Assembly (NCBI GenBank): GCA_964035545.1
Contig: CAXIUT010000209.1
Location: 1-23,136 of the forward strand
Length of the DNA: 23,136 nt
Reading direction: 5' to 3'
DNA from: Bugula neritina
Taxonomy: Eukaryota; Animalia; Bryozoa
Shown here in pieces: positions 1 to 11,636 of the stretch (the stretch's first letter is position 1; every line of letters begins with the position of its first letter). Under the pieces are notes generated by a model that had not been told where the DNA came from, did not search any database, and was given only the letters and a program-made list of their open reading frames with translations. The position numbers were made by a program, and so were the translations under genes.

Positions 1-93
1 CCCAACCCCAACCCCAACCCCAACCCCAACCCCAACCCCAACCCCAACCCCAACCCCAACCCCAACCCCAACCCCAACCCCAACCCCAACCCC
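1..93 (-). repeat. Terminal telomere, (CCCCAA)n, left end of minichromosome 1
   Basis: CCCAA + 14 x CCCCAA + CCCC at the window start; Tetrahymena-type C4A2 repeat. Confidence 0.97.
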
Positions 94-141
94 TATATTG
101 GTTTATAATACTGATATAAATAAGTTAAAGAATTTAAACTA

Positions 142-1791
142 TCATTCATCTTCTTCAATTTCATATTATTTGATTTATTATTCTTAGAGTAGTTGTTTTT
201 GATATGATTGTTCGAGGATGAGTTCTTCTATCATTTAAGGCGGATGTTTTCCATCGGTTTATTTTAATGGAAAACTTGATGCTATTCCTATTACTGCTAC
301 CATACAAAATACTAACATTATTGAAAAATCTACTCGGTTCAACATGCTTACTAGTTCAGGTAAAAATACGTTAGGAATACATATTACTACACATCCATAG
401 CCAAGACCTAAAGCTGCTACCTGACCAGGGTATAACTAATTTATATAAAGAAAGATTAATTGGTAAAGAAAAGAAACTGCGAATCTTAGGAGGAAGAAGA
501 AACCTAGTTGTACTATCTGTCTTGTTGTCCAGCAGTTTTAAAGACAAACTTAATCACTACTTAGAAAATTGAGGGCAAAAGAACAGACTAAAGCGATGGA
601 GAAGGTGACTATATTTGTGAGTTTTCTTTTCATTTTAGTGATATAGAAGTACGTATATAGAAAGGTGACTAGTTCTGAAACGTTGAGAACGATTCCATTG
701 AGGTAGAAGTCAAAACCAAATTGGTCGATGATGATGAGAGGTGCAAAATAAAGAAAACTTCCACAGAAAAAAAGGAAAAATATCCAAACTGTGATCCAAC
801 GAAGAGATGGATACCTGAAAAGATCAAGATAAGTAAAAGTAGATTTATTTGATAGTTATAGCTATCTCTGATATTAAGATTGTATGTCATTTAAATGAAC
901 TGTGCTGAGAAGATACTTCTTTTAAAATTTTTATTATGTGCCGTTGATGGTTGAGATAAATCTGAGGTCTTCTCTGACTTTTTGGATTGGGTGGAGTTTT
1001 ATAAGAAAGAGAGGAGTCTACTTGAGAATGAAGAAGGTGAAGATTAAGCAGGCAAGGAGAGGTAAAAAGTGGAAGAAGAAAAATATAATTTTCCAGTTTT
1101 TTAGTAGATAGAACTCTACTACTACAAATATTCCGCCAACACATTGGAATGCTTGAAGCATGATTTCTATCTTCTGTCTATGTTAATTAGACAAGATTTA
1201 AGAGAGGATGCAGAAGCAGATATTTAGGCAGCTTTGTAATCCGAAACCAGTAAGGAAGAGTCCTATCTATGATACGAAGAGAGTGGATGCTACTAATATA
1301 ATTATATATCCGAATACAGCTAGAAATTCGCAAATGAGGAGCGTGATTCTTCTTCCGTAGTTATCAGCGATGATGCCAGTAACAGCGAATCCAAAAATGG
1401 CTCCAATGTATGTGATTCCCATTGCAAAATCAATTTCATCTTATTTTTAGCAGTGATAATCACCGAATTATGTGCCTAAAGTTTTGAGCATGCTTATTTG
1501 TTGATTTTAGTATTGCGAGCGTTGGTCGAAAGGAAGTGAACAGACGTGTTGTTAGCAAAGATTGATGCCTTAAAAGGGAGGCTAACAGTTCTAATAGGGT
1601 GCAACTGCGAAATAGTAGGGAACTCCGAGTTGCAGGAGTCCTATCTAGAAGAAGAGGATTGCTGAGAGGATGATGATCATTGATTGGTAGGTGCCTTTGA
1701 TTCCTACAGCTTACATGAGTTTCAGATAGATGGTTTATTGTATGTGTTATTAGTTTTGTGGATTGCGATGGCCTTAGTTGGTTTCTTACAT
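142..1791 (-). CDS. MFS transporter, SLC22/organic cation-sugar transporter-like, 549 aa, intronless
   Basis: Open from ATG 1791 to TGA 142 when TAR is sense. Motifs: VGIKGTYQ, GIIADNYGRR (MFS motif A), *TPLFL (ESP-like), YLDLFRYPSLR, FLYIN*LYPGQVAALGLG (ELYPT motif), LK*TDGKHPP*MIEE (PETKG-like). Many hydrophobic TM segments. Confidence 0.92.
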
Positions 1792-1967
1792 ATTGTCAAC
1801 AAATTAGAATATATTTTATACTGAACCTCAAAAATAACATCAAAAATATTAGCAAAGGATAAAAAGTTAATTTAATTGATATAAATCTTAACAATGAGCA
1901 TTTTTGAAAAAGTAATATCAATATTCTAAAAGTTTTAATTGATTAAATTAATATTCTATTAATAGAA

Positions 1968-2747
1968 ATGAGTGAGACTTATTCAACTCCAACTTAATCA
2001 AAATCACTTGAATAGTATAGCCATTCCCATCCATACTAGTATCTAACAAAGCTCAACTAGATATTTAATGGTTACAACAGATCAAGTATCAAGGATTACT
2101 CATCTGCAAGTAAGATCAAAATACCTTTTTACAAATTTAACAAAATGAAGGTCCCTACTTGCTTTTAAAATAACTATACAAAAGAAAAAAGAGAACTTGT
2201 TAATTATAATGCAGTTTAGATTGGAAGAGTTGATGATGCTGATCGGAAGTTATGGAAAGAACATGAAGATATTATTCAGAATTATATAGTTCAGAGAAAA
2301 AGGAAGGTTAGTAGGCCGACTAAAAATAAAAATAAATAGTTTGTTGATAAAATCATATCGAAAGATAAAAGCAATATCTTTTTGAAAAAGATTGTTTAAA
2401 AAGGAACTACTTTCTAATATGATCATCAATAGCTAGAAGAGGAGGTATTGCAGAAGTTGAAAAACATACAAAAACCTAAAAGCAGGGGTTTGGTTAGATG
2501 TCAAACGGCTAAATGTTTGAATAATCAGATCAAAGGTACCAAAATGGAGGAAAGTGATCGCTAGAATATTAGGTAGAAGTTATCACCGAGAGATTATCTA
2601 TAGTGTAGTAATGAGAAAGATTTGATTGTGAAGTATAAGGCTTTGTTGAAGAAAGCGGATTTATCTATTTCTGATAAGAATATTGATAGATCTAGTGAGT
2701 TGATTGCTAGGATGAAAAAAATGGTTAAAGAAAATAAATATTTTTGA
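1968..2747 (+). CDS. Hypothetical protein, 259 aa
   Basis: ATG after AT-rich spacer, TGA-free frame of 780 nt, coding-like composition (MSETYSTPT...KENKYF). No recognisable domain. Confidence 0.7.
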
Positions 2748-3316
2748 TATTTTTATATTATTTTTGAATCAAGTATCATATTAGATTAATGTTGAAATGA
2801 CTACTATTTGCCTAGATCTGTTTTTATTTTATTTTTTAAAGTTTTTATCTCTTTTATCGAGAAAATAATCTGCTTATTTTTGTAAAGTTTTTGATTTAAT
2901 ATTTCAAATAAATTGATTACTTAGATAGATTTTACTTTAATTTTAAATTTCAGTTGGTTTATTTTCTGGTTATTTTATTTATTTAGCTAATTTTTGACTA
3001 TTCTAAATATTAACTTCTTGATCTTTTTTGATATATTTTGATTGTTAGTTATCTAATCAATGTGTTTAACTCTTCTCTTCTTAAAAATATTTGAATAAAT
3101 CAATAGTTTAATATTTTTCTTATCATTATGTTCATGATACATTTATGTCTACAAATAAAATTATAAGATTTTGCCTCTTTTATTACTTAGATTGATTAAG
3201 TTAGGATGACTGAAAAGAACTATTAAATATGAACCTTACTATTTCATCTTTCTAGAGATAATTTGCTATGATAAGAGAGTTGATATTAAATAAAATTATA
3301 AGTAATAAATAATTGA

Positions 3317-5650
3317 ATGTAAGATCTTTCCTTTATTAAATCCCAGAAGACCAAAGTCAACTTTACTTATGCCGGTTTTTATCCTTAAAGGTTACATTCT
3401 TTGAAAAAAAAGGAACAACTAAAACCTAACCTTCTTTCTCATCGTGAACTGAGGGCAAAGACAAATCAATCTTTTACTGAGGATAATAAAGATATTCCAG
3501 ACTACAAAAATAAAAGTCTTTAAAATACACTACAGAAAGATGAATGGCAAGTTTAAGCTGCTACACTAAGAAAATCTTACGAGAGAAGGGCTGAAACTGA
3601 AGGATAATTTCGTCGGACTGATGAATCATTTCGAGAAGAAAATGGTACTGCAAGTTAGATCATGCTTCTACGAGAAGAAATTAACTATATGAGAAAGAAA
3701 TTGATGTAATCTGAAAATTCTGAGAAGGATTTGAGATTATAAATTGAGTTGTTGAGAGTTAGTGAGATTCATCAGAATGGAAAATAACTGCAGACAAATG
3801 TAAAAGATTAAACTCTATTTTATGATATTGAGAATATCAAGAGAGAGTTGATAGAGGTGAAAGCAGATAACTAGTCAAATAAATCAAAGCTGAAGATATA
3901 GTAGTTGAAAAGAATCAAGGCTGAAAATGATTTGGACATATCAGCTAAGCAGGTTTAAAGTTTATCTGTTATGATATAGCAAGGTAGAGAGGAACTTCAT
4001 CATAAAAATGGGTAAATAAATGCTTTAAAGTTATCTCTAGATGAAAAATAAAAGAATATTAAGGATAAAAGTTCTCAGAATATAAGATTAGTATAGAATA
4101 GTTCTGAAAAAGCCAATATTTTATAAGTTCAACTGAATTAAAAGAATAAGGAGTATTAGAAATTACATCTTTTGTTAAAAGAATAAAAATAAAAGATGAC
4201 TATTTTGGAAGAATCACTAAAGAAAACTATTTTGCGAGAAAGTGAGAATCAAAATATAAACAAAGAATTAAAAACTTAAATATAACAAAAAAACAAAGAT
4301 ATTTAATTTTTAAATCAGCAATCTTTTAATTTAGATCAGTCTTTGGGCAATGCTTTTGCAGAGATAAACTTTTTGAAAACTTCATTATCATAAAGCGATA
4401 AATTAACCTCAGATAAATCGATTGATTTGGCAGGCATGAAAGAAAAAGCTCATCATTACGAACAAAAAGTGCATTTACTTGAATCAGAAGTTGAAAAATT
4501 GGCTCTTGTTATTTATTAGTTGAGATCAAATCATGAAACTTCTTCTCATATTTTGAATGAATAGGCTAGAAAACTTGAAACTTTTATTTCTGAGTGTTAG
4601 TAAGTGTAGAGTATTAAGTTGAAAATATTTTGTTAGAACCAGAAAATAGAATAAATTAAAAATATTAATAAAGAGACTATAGATATCATTAAATTGAAAT
4701 AAGAGAATAAACAGTTGCATAATTCTCTTAGTAAACTTCAATAAAATGAAATTGTTCTTTTTGGATAACTGGATTGGATTAAGAGTTAAAGAGATAATAC
4801 AGTTAGAATTTTGTAAAATTAAATGAAGGAACAAAAAGAGAAATATTAAAGGTAAATATACCTATTAAAAGATAGGAAATTTGATTCACCTGTTAGAGAA
4901 TCAAATGAAATAAAGAATTTACAAGAAAAATTATAAATAATGACTCAAAAATATAATTAAATCACACTGAAATATGAACAAAAAGTTGTTAATAGTTAAT
5001 CCTAAAGAAAAAATGACGAAGAACTTGTTTCTTCAAAATAACTGGGATAAAATATTGAAGGTCATTCCTTAAGTAAGCAAGAAGTAAACCAGTATATCCA
5101 GTTGATAAGAAATGCACCTGAAGCAGACCAATAGTAAAACTAAAAGTTGAAAGAGGAGATCTAGATGCTTGAGCAAGAGATGGCGATGATGAAGGCAAGT
5201 TACTAGGATGAGATAGTTAATACTAAATAAAAATATGAGAGACAGATAGTCTTGAATAACAGATAGTTCTAGCAACAACTCAGATTCTATACCAATTAGA
5301 TCTAGGCATTGATGCAGGAGATGAGCTATATGAAGGGTGAATATACTGGCAAAAATAGAAATGTAGATGTTATTGAAGAATAGCCTGAATAATAGAACTA
5401 ATAATCGGAATAGAGAGTGGATCCTGAGAGAATAAAAAGAGATTTGATAATGCATGTGGATCCTTCTGATTTCTATGTGAGTCCTCCAAGTAATACGCCA
5501 GCTAAAATAAACGAAGTAGTGAATACATAATCAAAAGAATAGAATTAGTAGCCAAATTATATGTTGAAGGATATAATCGATTTGTAGACTAAAATTCATT
5601 CGTATATCAATAATTTCAACAGTAAGAAATTGAATTAAGGGAATGATTGA
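3317..5650 (+). CDS. Long coiled-coil protein, 777 aa
   Basis: 2334-nt frame without TGA, ATG immediately after an in-frame TGA. E/K/L-rich heptad character; acidic patch VIEE*PE**N**SE* near the C-terminus. Confidence 0.85.
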
Positions 5651-5881
5651 TTATTATTGTTATTATATTTTCAAGGAGATGGTTATTTTATTATTAATGA
5701 TTGATATTATTGAAAAGAAATATTTTATGTGAATTTTAAAGGTGTCTATTTCTAGAATAGGTTGAATATAGGTTGAGATCATAGTTTGAAATTGATAAAT
5801 ATGGGTGCCTATAATTCTGATGGTTTATCATTTTTAAATTAAATGATAGAATTCTGAGTATATAATATTTTTGATAACTTG

Positions 5882-7113
5882 ATGGCTTAAGCATCAGAAG
5901 TTACTTCTACTTAATTCTAAGACTAGCCTAAGGCTCCAGCTGCTCCAGTTGATGCAACTCACGTTCCTTCAGAAGGTGGATCCAAGTTAAATTCTAATTT
6001 TTACCAAAGAACATGGACTACTATCTTCATGATCTTAGCATTTGTACTTATACTATCAGCTGGGCAAGTTTACTCTGTTTTGTTGGTTCAATTTTTGAGT
6101 ACAGTGATATTTGCTGAGATAAATAGCATAAAAAGAAATGAATAAAAAGAGGTTAAGATTCCTATGACTAAACATATCAATTGGTTCTATTTTATATCTT
6201 TTAACTACTATCAATTAGGTAGGTTTGTGGCTATTCGTCTTCCTGAACTGGGAATTAGACATGCTTTCATTGGTAAGATACTATTTTATCACAACTTTAT
6301 CAGTTTTTGTTTGTTAGTTATCGGTTTCTTATGCTTTGTCATGAGTTTAAAACAAGGTTTTCTTAAATATCAGTTTAGACTATTTGGATGGATTGTTTTG
6401 GCTACACTAATCTGCTCTACTGCTGCTTGGTTAATATGCTATAACATCTTTGAAGGTCTTATCTACTATATTGTTCCTTCAATGTTGATTGTTATTAATG
6501 ATATCTTTGCATATATTTTTGGTTATTTCTTTGGAAAACATCAACTAATTGCTTTATCACCTAAAAAGACTTGGGAAGGATATATTGGAGGAGCTTTGAG
6601 TACTTGCTTATTCTCTATTATTGTAATTTTTTTTATTATACAGTTGACTGAAGCTATTCAAAGTATGGGAGGAGTCTTATGTCCTACAACTACTTTAAAT
6701 TTTATTCCTTTCAATTTTCCAACTTGTACTTCTCCAATGCTTGAAATGGTGAGTTTAGGACCTTTAGTTATAACTAAAGTTCAAGCTCATTGCATGATTT
6801 TTTCTTTATTTGCAAGTACTATTGGACCTTTTGGAGGATTCTTTGCTTCTGGACTGAAAAGATCAGTTAAAATAAAGGTAAAAATCTCATAATGAAGGAT
6901 TTTGGAAACTCTATTCCTGGACATGGAGGAGTAAGTGATCGAATGGATTGTCAGTTAATTATGGGTGCTTTTGTTTATTTTTATTTTCAGAGTTTTATGA
7001 AAGTAGCAGCTATAAGCACTACTGCTTACATCATGTCTTTGCTAACACCTTCTGAACAGCTGAATCTATACAAGATGCTTCAAGAAAATCTTTCCTCCAT
7101 GAAAATGATCTGA
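5882..7113 (+). CDS. CDS1: Phosphatidate cytidylyltransferase (CDP-diacylglycerol synthase)
   Basis: Family motifs NDIFAYIFG, LSPKKTWEGYIGG, GPFGGFFASGLKR, KIK|DFGNSIPGHGGVSDRMDCQ. 20-nt intron 6878-6897 is needed for frame; probable 21-nt in-frame intron 6623-6643. Confidence 0.95.
6878..6897 (+). other. 20-nt spliceosomal intron
   Basis: gtaaaaatctcataatgaag; removal joins KIK to DFG in the conserved CDS motif. Confidence 0.9.
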
Positions 7114-7266
7114 AATATTGATAAAATACAATTAATAACTATATTTGATATAAATTAATAAATATATAAAGAATAACTTTAAAAATATTAATAGTGAGAC
7201 AAAGATAAAGTGAAGAATAAATCGTAAAAAGTCTAGGAGAAATATATGAAATAAAATAATTTATTA

Positions 7267-7971
7267 ATGAGTTCGAGATCAAGATTAACATTAGTCACTG
7301 TACTTTTCCTTTTGCTGTGGTTTTCTTAGTCATGTTAGAATGGTGGATGTAATGCTAGTATTAGTTAATGTTCTGGGAATAGATGCAACTTCTGCGACTC
7401 CTAATATTATCTTTATAATAATAATTCATGCCGTTCTTGTCACATTTGTGATCTTGATAACGAATGTCACCAATGTCTAGGTGACTAATCATAAGGTTCT
7501 TAAGATTCAGCGAGAGTTTATATCATAATGGGATTATTTTTAGGACTTTTTATAGTTATACCTATTTGTTTTATTTGCAAGAGCTACCAATAAAATGAAA
7601 GAGTAGCCAGAGATAGACCTCCTCCCCATTCTGGAATTCAATTAAACATTCATAGATAAAAAGTAATATGGAAAAGCGCATTAAATTAAATTGATACAAA
7701 TTCAAATTGTTCAATCTGCCTTAGTAATATGGTGACTCTTGAAACTAGATGTCGTCACAATTACCACCCCAAGTGTATTTTAGAATGGACAAAAAGATAA
7801 ATAAGCTGTCCTCTTTGCAAATCTAAAAACTTGAATCCAGTCAGAATATATTGCACATTATGTTTGAAAGAGTATTTAGAGATGAATATCAATGAAATCG
7901 ATAATTGGATCGGTCAAAAAAGATAAATATGTTCTACTTGTTAATAAAGATATCAGATTTAAGGATTATGA
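7267..7971 (+). CDS. Type I membrane RING-H2 protein (putative E3 ligase), 234 aa
   Basis: Hydrophobic N-terminal signal-like segment, Cys-rich ectodomain, TM (VYIIMGLFLGLFIVIPICFIC), RING-H2 CSIC...CRHNYHPKCILEW...CPLC, then CTLC...CSTC. Confidence 0.85.
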
Positions 7972-8139
7972 TCGATTAAAAAGCATTTAATTCATCATTT
8001 ATTTCATATCATTCAAAAAATCAATAATTAAGGTGTTATTTCTCAGATAAACTTTTATTACACAAGAAATTCTTATTTTTCTCGTTGTAAATTTTCATAA
8101 TGATGAAAAATTATTAATATTGATTGATTTTGTATTGAA

Positions 8140-9842
8140 TCATCCATAAACCTCCTCAACAATTGTCTTTTTTTGTTTAAGTTGACTTGATAGACTAAAT
8201 GCTTTATAAGGCACTTTTATTTCAGCTACGATTGCCTTAAACACAACACTGTTGACATCTTTGGCCATAGCTTGCCCTCCACATAAAAATAGAACGCCAT
8301 TATTTTTGAATAAGTGTTCCTGGAGCCAGACTAAATCTTTTTCAAGCACATTCTGAACGTACTACTTTTTGCTGGGGTCTTTTCGACTCTGTGCTAATCT
8401 GACTTAAACTATCTTTTCCTTCTCATACTATTTCCATTACTCATCAAAATAGTAGTCAATTTAATCATTTTGGATTCCATAATAACTATATCAAATGATA
8501 TTTACAATCTCAAATTAGGTCTTTTCTCTTGAGGAAGTGAAGCTACATATTGAGTAATGCTTCTAAAAGGAGCTATACCTGAACCATTAGCAACCATAAC
8601 AATGGGTCTTCCTTCAGGAATATAAAAAGATGAAGTAATAGGCCTAATTCTCATAAATTCTGGATTAGATTTGAAATAGTTTGAAGTCAAACCATTGGGT
8701 ACTAGTGAAACAACTAAATCAACATACTTAAAATTTTATTACCAAGAAGATAAAGTATAAGTTCTTACCTTGTTGAGTCCAATATTGGGTAAATATTCAA
8801 TTTTTGGATTAATTTCTTGAAGTAGTTATTCCATTGTGATTTTGATTTACTCTTTAGCTTTTAATTTTTTCATATATTCTTCAGCTTTTTCAGAAATATT
8901 TTATGATAGAAGCAAGGCATTTTTAATTTGCTTTTCACTGACCTTTTGTCTATAATCAATGAGTTTTCTTATTTACCTAAAAGGCATAGGAGGAATAGGA
9001 ATTTTTCCTTTGACTTCATTGAAAGAAATAATTTTTTTATCTTTAGGATCTTACTTGAGCTAGTTGAGAGGAAAGACATCAATGTTACAAGCTGGAACAA
9101 TGTTCATTTCTTTGTTGGTTTATAATCTGATCCAAAGAGTTGACCTTCCATCTTTTATATCTTTTCTTAGTTATTTTATATGAATAACTTTACACTTAAA
9201 CATATTCATGTAGTTCTCAAACTCTTTTGAAATATTTTTGTGTTTACTGGCATTTTGTTACCAGTCGAAATCAGGAATATCTTCTTCTTTTACCTGATAA
9301 GGATTTCCAAGACTTGTCTTTGGAACTTCTTTGATCTCATTCATGGAGTTTAACTTTTAAATCAGCCTTGAAGACCAATCAGGATATCTGACTTTGAAGT
9401 CTCTGTCTTTTGAGCTAGCATCACATTTAACCAGATCCACTAACTCTTTTGCTCCACCGCTTTGAAGCACTTTCTGAACTCTTAAGCCATGTCCACAGTG
9501 TTTTTCAAAGTTAGAATTGCCAAAGGCAAGAATAGAATAGTTTAGTTTACTGAATTGTGTATCAGGAGTAATAGTTTAAATCCATTTTAGGAAAACTTAT
9601 CCATCACTGGGAGATCCTCCATCTCCATAAGTTGAAAGTAAGAAGATAATAGTTCCATCATAGTTAAGAAGGTCTTCTTTACAGTAGTCTCCAATATTTG
9701 TAACTGAAGCCAAATACTGATTTTCTTAGAGGAGAGTTTGAAGAATATCTGCTGCGTGTTTAGAGGTTCCTGTGGTAGAACTGTAGATAATTTAGATGAC
9801 TCCTCTAGATTGGATCGTAGAACTGTTAGTTAGGTTCTCCAT
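8140..9842 (-). CDS. Soluble NADPH-dependent diflavin (FMN/FAD) oxidoreductase, CPR/NDOR1 family, ~560 aa
   Basis: Flavodoxin motifs IIYSSTTGTS, LSTYGDGGSP, LAFGNSNF; FAD motif RTYTLSS and GLTSNYF; NADP motifs ANGSGIAPF, AQSR...YVQ, FLCGG..MAKDV, C-terminal EEVYG. 20-nt intron at 8486-8505. Confidence 0.92.
8486..8505 (-). other. 20-nt spliceosomal intron
   Basis: gtaaatatcatttgatatag on the minus strand; removal restores the frame into FYYGIQ (LYYGCR-like). Confidence 0.88.
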
Positions 9843-9930
9843 TATTTTTTAAATATAAACTAAAGGATGAATTTAAATTAATATTTATTAGAATTAAATA
9901 TATATATTCATATGTTTAAAATGATTCAAA

Positions 9931-9995
9931 TTGGGGTTGGGGTTGGGGTTGGGGTTGGGGTTGGGGTTGGGGTTGGGGTTGGGGTTGGGGTTGGG
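9931..9995 (+). repeat. Internal telomeric tract (TTGGGG)10 TTGGG, right end of minichromosome 1
   Basis: Perfect repeats preceded by AT-rich subtelomere-like DNA. Confidence 0.95.
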
Positions 9996-10271
9996 TTGGA
10001 AATAAGTTCTTATGTCCTCAATATCCTTTACTTTAAATGCATTATAATTTTAACTAACTAAAGAATATTGAGAAGAATCATAATTTAAAAGATATTTGAA
10101 GAAAAATTCATTGACAATTGACAATAAAATTACACTCATTATCTTGTCAATCTTATTTATCTATTTGTCCTTAATTATAATATTTAAAACTAATATTATA
10201 TTTTAGAACATATATAGTCCTGATAAGTTGACATATTCTTACAACTATTACTATAATTAAGTTGATTATAA

Positions 10272-11471
10272 TCACCAGTAAACTCTGAATACTTCATACT
10301 CAGTTACTTTGAAATTATTTCCTTTAGTTGCTCCAGTAAATTGACTATTAGTCTTCTGACACCTTAAATTCATCTAGGCACATTCATAACTCGAAGGAAA
10401 GTTGGCATAACTTTCAGTATTTGTGTTGCATTGATCAGCTATATGTATATCTGCTCCTCCTCCAAATCTAGGACCAAATCCTGTGTAACAGTAAATGGCA
10501 TATTAAGGTTTAGTTAGTCGCATCTTCAACATTAAGTCTATTGATAAAAGAAAACTTGAACGAGCGTTGTCTGTGGCATGCTGACCACTGGGAGCAGCAT
10601 TCCAGATAAGTGGCGTATACCCTGCAATAGTTTTGCCAAAGTTGGTTTTGATGATGGTGAAAGTATGAGGAATGGCATCGCATTTCTGATGGAACTTTTT
10701 GGCTTAAAAGCTATATTCTGAAGCTCTGAAGAGTAGTTGTAGATGGGTAGGTTTGTTGAGGTTACTGTGGATAAATTTGGCAACATCTTAGTTATTTTTT
10801 TATAAGATATTTGAATCTTTGATTAGAGCAAGGTGATTATTGTCACTAATGGGCATGAGATGTTCTGGATTAGTGAGCATATTTCTTTTCATTTTGAGAG
10901 AATGATATTGATTGATTATTTTAGGTTTTAATTCTTTAAGATGTGTGACTAGTTTGTTTAGTTATTATTCGTATTCTTATAAAATGGTTGCTTAATCATC
11001 CTACTGAAGGGGTCTTTATTATTGTAGTCTACATGCTAGTTGTTGTGCTGTACTTCCTTTAAGTTGAAAAGGTTTTTAAGAAAAGTATATTTTTTTGATA
11101 AGTTATGCGTATTTGTTTTAGAATCCTTCAATGCATAGTTTTTTATTGTTTATTTTGTTGGATAGTAATAAAGCATCCATGTTTTATTTTTCAATATCTT
11201 ATATTTTTTTGATAAAATTCTTTTACTCTTTAACTTTATCTTCTAGAATCTAAGTTAGAGTTGACAACTTGATGGAACTGCAGTGATCATGGACAGCATA
11301 GCAGCAGGGACAAAAATATTATTTGCAGTGGAATGAGGTTTATTTGCATTATGGGTTGATACAGAGATGTGTGGCTTAGAAAGTAGAATCACATTTGAGT
11401 TTAGATTTAATTTATTATTACTATTATGGTTTTTACTATTTGGTTGTTTTTTATTCTTAGATGCTGTTCAT
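10272..11471 (-). CDS. TLDc-domain protein with N-terminal Cys/His-rich segment and coiled coil, 399 aa
   Basis: C-terminal TLDc signature SFLLSID...YAIYCYTGFGPRFGGGADIHIAD...FKVTEYEVFRV; N-terminal HLCINP*CK...HCK*YFCPCCYAVHDHC; 1200-nt frame from ATG to TGA. Confidence 0.88.
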
Positions 11472-11636
11472 GAAAGACTATATAAAATTATAAATGAGTC
11501 ATTCTAAAAAAGTTGATTTTATCTATTTAAAAATGAATATGTGATTTAACTATGAATTATCACTTATTTTATTTGTTTTTTAATATGATAGATTTATGTC
11601 TAAAATGGCGCTTAATAATTTAATATTTAGGTTAGT

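Noticed and set aside
2760-3145. Possible minus-strand gene between genes 2 and 3
   Set aside because: Strand skew suggests coding, but the frame from ATG 3142 runs deep into the neighbouring gene and other frames are interrupted. With a single stop codon, long chance ORFs are common.
9996-10270. Gene remnant directly after telomere junction 1
   Set aside because: Two short plus-strand frames are about equally plausible and neither has a recognisable motif.
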